A DNA stretch of 64,000 nt from Phallusia mammillata (Eukaryota). The first letter of the stretch is position 1. Every line of letters starts with the position of its first letter. The position numbers were made by a program, and so were the translations under genes. Below, piece after piece: positions 57,701-64,000 of this stretch. The DNA lies in NCBI GenBank assembly GCA_965637545.1, contig OZ281497.1, positions 15,686,001 to 15,750,000 on the forward strand. Direction: 5' to 3'. The notes beneath the pieces are model-generated. The model saw only the letters and a list, made by a program, of their open reading frames with translations, had not been told where the DNA came from and did no database searches.

Positions 57701-60256
57701 TTGTTAAGAAAGATGAAGTAAAAAAGTCAGTTCCTGTTGTGAAAATGAAACCTCCACAAAAGCCAAGACAAAGAAAAAAAATGGTCAGTTTTTTAAATGT
57801 TTTAAAATAAAAACCCTGACAATTACTGATACAAGATTTGGTAAAAATGGGTTTTGCACTTAGTTACTCTAGGTTTGCTTTATTCTGGGACAGCAACATA
57901 CATTTAAAACCCACAAATCTGCATACATTTAAAACCCACAAATAAAAATGTATTACTTGGAACTTTATGCCCAAAGTAACCCACATGTTTCTGTCTGCCA
58001 AAGAAACTAGTTGTAAAACATGCAATGATCCCAATCTCATGCAATATAGAAGACCATATATGGAAAAAAATTTACATTTCGCTTTTTTGTTTAACCATCA
58101 CCAACCCAGATCACAGAATCTTCAATTGAACAAATCACTACTAGTAAGTTGCAAGAAGCTTCCAGCAAAGATAATCCAAACATTAAAGGTTTGAAACAAG
58201 CCAATGAACCACACAATGTGAAAGATCTAAAATTGGCAAAACAGGTTAGAAAATGGGTCTTTTTAAAAAAAAATATTTTTATTATTTTTTTATGATTAGG
58301 CATTGTTTGTGTTTTAGATAGATCAAACTTCTGATGCTGCATTTACAATATTTGTGGAATGTTGCAAAGACCACTCTCTGGAACTGCAGGAGGTAGACCA
58401 TGAATTTAAACAAATGTAGATTACAATTTATCAAAATTTTGGAAAATATTTTTAGATGGTGTCAATTAATTGACATTTCCAACTTGTGGAGTGTAACATA
58501 ATTTCTTATCTTTGAATTTCCACCCAAATAGAAAAGCAGTCAATGTCATCCATATTGTTGTTGTTTAGATTATAAAGCAGATGCAAAAATCATCAAGGAA
58601 ACAAAGTTGGTTTGAGGAACAGTGTAATGCAGCTCAGAGCAAGGCATTGCAGCAACTTGATGGAAGTTTGCATCAATTTAACATTGTATTGGCTACTAAA
58701 ATAAAAAGTAGTTTTGCTGAGAACATAAAGATAATGAAAGAAGTTTTCCAAGACCTATGTCGGCCCAAATTCAAGGTTTGAGTTTTAGGTGTACCAAGGT
58801 ATTTCACCTTTCAAAAACCATTGTTTTACAGGTAAACATAAACTTGTATAAACCAAATGAATTTTCTATGTGTAAGTCAAACTCATCTCTTGGAAAGGGT
58901 GGCTTTGGTGTCGTACACCTTGCATTTCATGAATCACTTGGATGGGTAGCTATTAAAACACAGAAGGGGGCAGATAAGGCCAGGTATGTGTTTTGTTTTT
59001 TATTTTCACAATGCTAAGCACATCAAAGCTAATTTCTTACATCATGTGGCCTACATTGTGACATATCAACAACCTGTGGCCCACCAAGCAAAGTTATCCG
59101 ACTCTTTTACCCCCTATCCAAAATTGTTTCTGTTACTTACAACAACCTCTATTTATAAAATCAAAAACATTTAAGAAAAAAATATTATTTGAAATGCTCC
59201 GCATAATCCTTGCTGATCATGGTAGCAGCCAGCGACTTTTGAAAGGTTGCCGGCCCACTACCACCATCAACTTATTGCTTAAGAGCAGAGAATTTAAAAC
59301 ATTGATAGATTAATACATTTTGTACTAAGTATAGGTTATCAGTCATCTCACATAAAACAATTCAGTATATCTTCAGAACACTATGTATGGGATGTATATG
59401 CGCCATTTGTTACCCAAAAATTATTATTTTTGTTTACAGCTTTCTGAACGAAAGTACAATTGCCCAGATGGCTCATCACCCCAATGTTGTAGAAATGTTT
59501 GGTATAATCAGCCATCTAGATGGCAGTTTCGACCTCGTCATGGAATATATGTCCGGTGGCTCTTTGGCACATCTAATATTTAACAGTGCTATCAAGCAAA
59601 TGAATTTACTCCACCTAAAGCTTCGGATGTTTTCTGATATTGCGTCAGGAATAGCCTTTCTGCACAATATTTTCGTTGACCGTCGGATTGCTCACAACGA
59701 TGTTAAACCCCACAACGTACTTTTGACGTCCGAGATCAACTGTAAAATATCCGACTTTGGAGGCGCCAATTTTGAAACGCGCACGGAGTTTGCACAGGAC
59801 GAGCCACGAAAATTAACCCCGTATACCAGGATTTTTGCTTCGCCAGAGCGACTTGCCAGTCTTGAGAATTTAACAAAAGCCTCCGACGTGCACAGTTTTG
59901 GTATGACTGGGTACTGCATCCTGGAAGAATCTTTGCCGAACAAAGATCGACAGGAGGGCGAATTTGCAGACCTGATCAAAAGCGGTCAACGACCAAGTTT
60001 TTCAGACTGTAGCAACATAACTGGCGAGAGTCTCGAGATTCTTGAATTCCTGCAGTTCGTTGTGTGTAAGTCGTGGCAACAGGATCCAAGTAAACGCCCG
60101 TCGATGTTGGACATACGAGATAATCTACTCGAGTTTCTTGCTAAGAAAGAGGTCACCGTATGCATGAAGCAAGCCCTTGATGCTGCAGTTGCCCTTAAGC
60201 TTCAGCACCGTCCGTTTGACAAGTCGTCTCTAATTCTTATGATGCCTCGCAAATGA
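54704..60256 (+). CDS. Rab-like (degenerate small GTPase) domain fused to a RIPK-like/TKL non-RD protein kinase, ~649 aa, 13 coding exons
   Basis: Exons 54704-54809, 55481-55523, 56985-57048, 57170-57241, 57300-57383, 57457-57522, 57599-57652, 57709-57783, 58110-58244, 58318-58392, 58569-58775, 58832-58983, 59440-60256 are all GT-AG and in phase (1950 nt). N-terminus: FRILLIGDSSVGK...FDVNGNMVKVELCDSQG...GVFLIYD...SFENLPRWL. C-terminus: LGKGGFGVV, VAIK, HHPNVV, HNDVKPHNVLL, KISDFG, ASPE, KASDVHSFG, WQQDPSKRP. AATAAA near 60442. Confidence 0.82.
55572..56920 (-). mobile_element. Helentron-like non-autonomous element, copy 2 (inverted relative to copy 1)
   Basis: Reverse complement of 51338-52552 with the same termini and the same three-unit array (151-158 bp units, ~55650-56124), plus ~135 bp (about 56611-56745) absent from copy 1. 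Confidence 0.75.
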
Positions 60257-61436
60257 ATTTGAAGCCTTTTTATGCAAGTTTTTTATTGAACAGTTTCGAT
60301 TTGAAAATCTATGCAACTTGTAAATTGATCGCACTCAGTGAATGGTGCAAAAAAATACGCTATTTCTGTGTTTTATTTCTGCACGCTTTGGGCAAATGAA
60401 ATTTCTTCTGAGTAATTGTTTGCAATTTTGGGATGCCTAAAAATAAATAAAAAAGGTTGTGACATCTTCAAACGCACTGATAGAGCAGCGGTTTCAGACG
60501 TTTCTCAGCTTATTTAGCAAATAGTATTGGTGTAGTGATGACAGCCGAAATTGGGTCAAATTAGTGGTTATTATTTGTGACACTTTTTGGGGGGATAACT
60601 TAGTTATGTGGGGTAGCGACATTGGAAAAAAACTGGAAGTTACTTTATGACCTGTCAATAAGCCCTTGCGTTGTTCGTATCGTTGTTTCGCTTTTGTTGA
60701 TTTCGGGGTTTTGTTGACGAGTAGAGTGTTGTTACCCTGATGATGGACGTCAAAACAACGATACAAACTTCGTATTTGCCAGAAGGGCATCTGTAAAATC
60801 GTAAATCACCCAGCCGTAGGCCTATACATACGTCACATCTCAGAAACATGATCTTGGACCATGATTTTCCCCATTACTGATAACCAAAATAGGTCAAGAC
60901 ATGTTACGTTTGCATTACTGACAGAATTGTCCGGACCTTTGGTATTTTTACCTTATTTATCTGGACCTTTCACAAAACTAATTGAGTAGCCTGGTTTAGA
61001 GCTTCCGCCAAAACAATTTCATGATTTGCCCTTAACACTCCTCTAACTCCTTAGGACTGCTCATAGACTAGAGTAGACACTATAGGTATGACTATTTCAC
61101 AAGTTGTATGAAAAGAAACACACGAACAAACGAACATAAAACAACCTTTATCAATTGGCGAAATACACATTAGCGGATTTTGACAGAATATTAACCCGCG
61201 CTTATTTACACCAAATATAGAATCTAGAATTTCGAGTTTAGAATAGAACTAAAATGAATTTAACGTTTGTAGGCGCGGTAAGTTATTTATATTACACATT
61301 TTTATTAGAAAACGGAAATGTTCAAAAGCAAAATTAAAACGAACGAGAATAGAAATCAATGAACAGGATTTGTGCTTGATGAACCGAAGTCATCACGCGT
61401 GATTATAGACTCAAGGTTAATGGGGTCGATCTAAAA

Positions 61437-63679
61437 CAGTGGTTCTTAACCTTTTTATAACGGCCGAACCCCTGCAATATTCTTTAGCCTTTGGTCGAAC
61501 CCCAAAGTTACATCCTAGGTTTTAAACCCATTTTGTTTGGTAAGTAATAATTAGTGTTTGTTCAAACGTAGTGGCAACAGTTACTGTTTGTCATTTTGTT
61601 AAATTCTGACATCATAATACAAGCAACTTGTTTCATGATTGCATTAATTCCGGTAATTTTTAGTTTTTACCAAAATGAAGCATTGTATTTTTAGCATCTG
61701 TACACAAACATAAAAAAGATGAAGTAATAAGTTTTTGCTGCCAACAAAATTTTGTTGTTTTTCTGCTTACGAACAACGCGAACAATGCTCTTTGTTACGT
61801 CAAAAAAAGAAAATAAAACCTTAGTGCAGGTGCACAACCATTTTGCTGGGACAGCCGCATGGCAGATTCTTATTTCACCAACGGCCGCCATTTACCTGCT
61901 TATTTTTGTTTAAAAATACTTGGTTTATATCATGTATTTACCATCTAATAGCGCCCAACAAGCCCAGATTAATTTCTAGCTCGGTGCACAGATTGAGCTG
62001 CACAGCGAGGAGATCAGTCTTAAGTGTTTATGATGTCATAATCTATATTGTGATGCTTGTGGTACCTGTTTTGTTCGCATTGTTGGCAGACAATATGCGT
62101 ACAAAAAGTCTGACACATATACTTATTAGGCTGGTAATACTCTTCTAAGTACCACAAAAACTGTTTAGGCAGTTTAAAACACCCCTGCATAAGTTTACCT
62201 TTCCAGTGTTTTAATATTGAGCAAATACAAATTGCCGTTTTAGCGACTATAGACCCTAAAGCAGTGGTTCTTAACCGGAGTTCGATCGAACCCCAGGGAT
62301 TCGGTAACGCCGAATCAGGGGTTCGACGAAGGTCTTTTTGAAGTACAATACAAACACTCGCTTTTGTCAAACTTTAAGGTCTATATAGTCGCTAAAACGG
62401 CAATTTGTATTTGCTCAATATTAAAACACTGGAAAGGTAAACTTATGCAGGGGTGTTTTAAACTGCTCTAAACAGTTTTTGTGGTACTAAAAAGAGTATT
62501 ACCAGCTTAATAACCATATGTGTCAGACTTTTTTTACGCCTACTGTGTGCCAACAACGCGAACAAACAGGTACCACAAGCATCACAATATAGATTATGAC
62601 ATCATAAACACTTACGACTGATCTCCTCGCTGTGCAGTTCAATCTGTGCACCGAACTAGAAAATAATCTGGGCTTTTGGGGCGCTTTAGATGGTAAATAC
62701 ATGATATAAACCAAGTATTGTAAAGCAAAAATAAGCACGCAAATGGCGGCCGTTGGTGAAATAAGAATCTGCGATGCGGCCGTCCTAGCAAAATGGTTGT
62801 GCACCCATGCACTAAGGCAGTGTTTCCCAACCTATGGGTCGCGACCCAAAGTTGGGTCGCCTGAAAATTCTGTTGGGTCGCCTGTTTTTTTAACAAAAAC
62901 ATCCACTATTTGACTTTGTTTCGTAGTGTTATTATTTTATTTCCCAAGACTTTAAATTGTTGGCAAATAATAATTTTGTGACAACATGATGTGATAATGG
63001 GTAATTCTGTTTGTGACGTCATAAAATATGTGTTAGATCACTGTTGAGCGTTGTCTGGCTGATAATGCTTTGAACCAGCTCTCAAGTTCGGGCTAAATGG
63101 AAATATTTGGTCAATAAAACAATTATTATTTGTTTGATAATTTCTTTTTCAAAACTGGCGTAGTAATTTTTAAAAAACTTTCGTGATTTAGAGACAAAAA
63201 TACGACCAAAATAGTAAGAAGGTATGTCCATGGGTCGCGAGAGACCACAAAACAAAATTTTGGGAAGTATTTTGGGTCGCGTCAAAAAAAGGTTGGGAAC
63301 CACTGCACTAAGGTTTTATTTTCTTTTTTGACATAACAAAGAGCATTGTTCGTAAGCAGAAACACAACGAAATTTTGTTGGCAGCAAAAACTTATTACTT
63401 CATCTTTTTGAAGTTGCTAAAAATACAATGCTTTATTTTGGTAAAAACTAAAAATTGCCGAAATTAAAGCAATCATGAAACAAGTACGCTGTTGTACTAT
63501 TATGTCAGAATTCAACAAAATGACAAACAGTAACTGTTGCCACTACGTTTGAACAAAAACTAATTATGACCCACCAAACAAAATGGGTTAAAAACCTATA
63601 GGATGTACCTTTGGGGTTCGACCAAAGGCTGAAGAATATCGTAGGGGTTCGGCCGTTATAAAAAGGTTAAGAACCACTG
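61437..63679. mobile_element. ~2.2-kb fold-back palindrome bounded by hAT-type TIRs
   Basis: Ends CAGTGGTTCTTAACC / GGTTAAGAACCACTG. The left arm (61437-62261) is the reverse complement of the right arm (62372-63679, excluding the inserted MITE). The centre holds a truncated CAGTGGTTCTTAACC MITE end. Outer flanks are only 5/8 alike. Confidence 0.88.
62818..63305. mobile_element. hAT-type MITE inserted in the right arm of the palindrome
   Basis: TIRs CAGTGTTTCCCAACC / GGTTGGGAACCACTG; perfect TSD CACTAAGG; GGGTCGCG subterminal motifs as in 24334-25009. Confidence 0.92.
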
Positions 63680-64000
63680 GTCTAGATGGTGTGATGGTCA
63701 AATTTTTAAAAAAATTTGCATCCGGCCCAAAGGGCAGAGTGAACCCACCTTGACCCCCCCTAACCAAAAACCTGCGGACGCCCTTGGGTGGGTTCAAACT
63801 TTAAAAGTGCTGAAGTAGTGTCAAATTAGCTCAGCTAAACATTAAAAAATTGGCAAAAGCTTTAAAAATTATATTTTCAGTTCAATCATTTGTTTAATCC
63901 CTTCAACATTCTTAAATTTACCGCGAGCTATGTTTTTTTGAAAATAGTCGAAAAACATACGGAATATTAAAGATCGACATATGTATAGTACGACGGTTAA

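Noticed and set aside
57653-57708. AATAAA in a 56-nt intron as evidence that the Rab-like part is a separate gene
   Set aside because: It lies within an AT-rich intron with good splice sites; downstream exons stay in frame and no independent promoter for the kinase is evident. It remains a possible short isoform.
60494-60849. Minus-strand ORFs including a ZZ/C1-like CDVC...RFYRC...YEVC pattern and a possible 55-nt exon
   Set aside because: Too few metal ligands, a short isolated ORF and no partner exons.

Overview
AT-rich, gene-dense eukaryotic (animal) DNA with many short GT-AG introns (down to ~56 nt). It is most consistent with an invertebrate chordate such as an ascidian; this is inferred from compactness, intron size and protein similarity and was not verified. 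Six protein-coding genes were reconstructed by hand, exon by exon with phase checks: CFAP68 (-), DPYD (-, 21 exons), CIMAP2/LEXM (+), vasa/DDX4 (-, 7 CCHC knuckles, one per exon), a much-extended PAIP1 (-), and an unnamed gene (+) that splices a degenerate Rab-like GTPase domain in frame to a RIPK-like non-RD kinase (~649 aa). That fusion is the most novel-looking item. DPYD/CIMAP2 and PAIP1/Rab-kinase are head-to-head pairs with ~0.75 kb between start codons. Non-coding DNA is rich in non-autonomous hAT elements with 8-bp target-site duplications (TSDs), several nested or abutting. It also holds a ~2.2 kb hAT-bounded palindrome and two inverted copies of a Helentron-like element that bracket the PAIP1/Rab-kinase promoter and first exons. 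No rRNA, tRNA, CRISPR array or transposase ORF was found. Homology calls rest on motifs recalled from known proteins, not on database searches.
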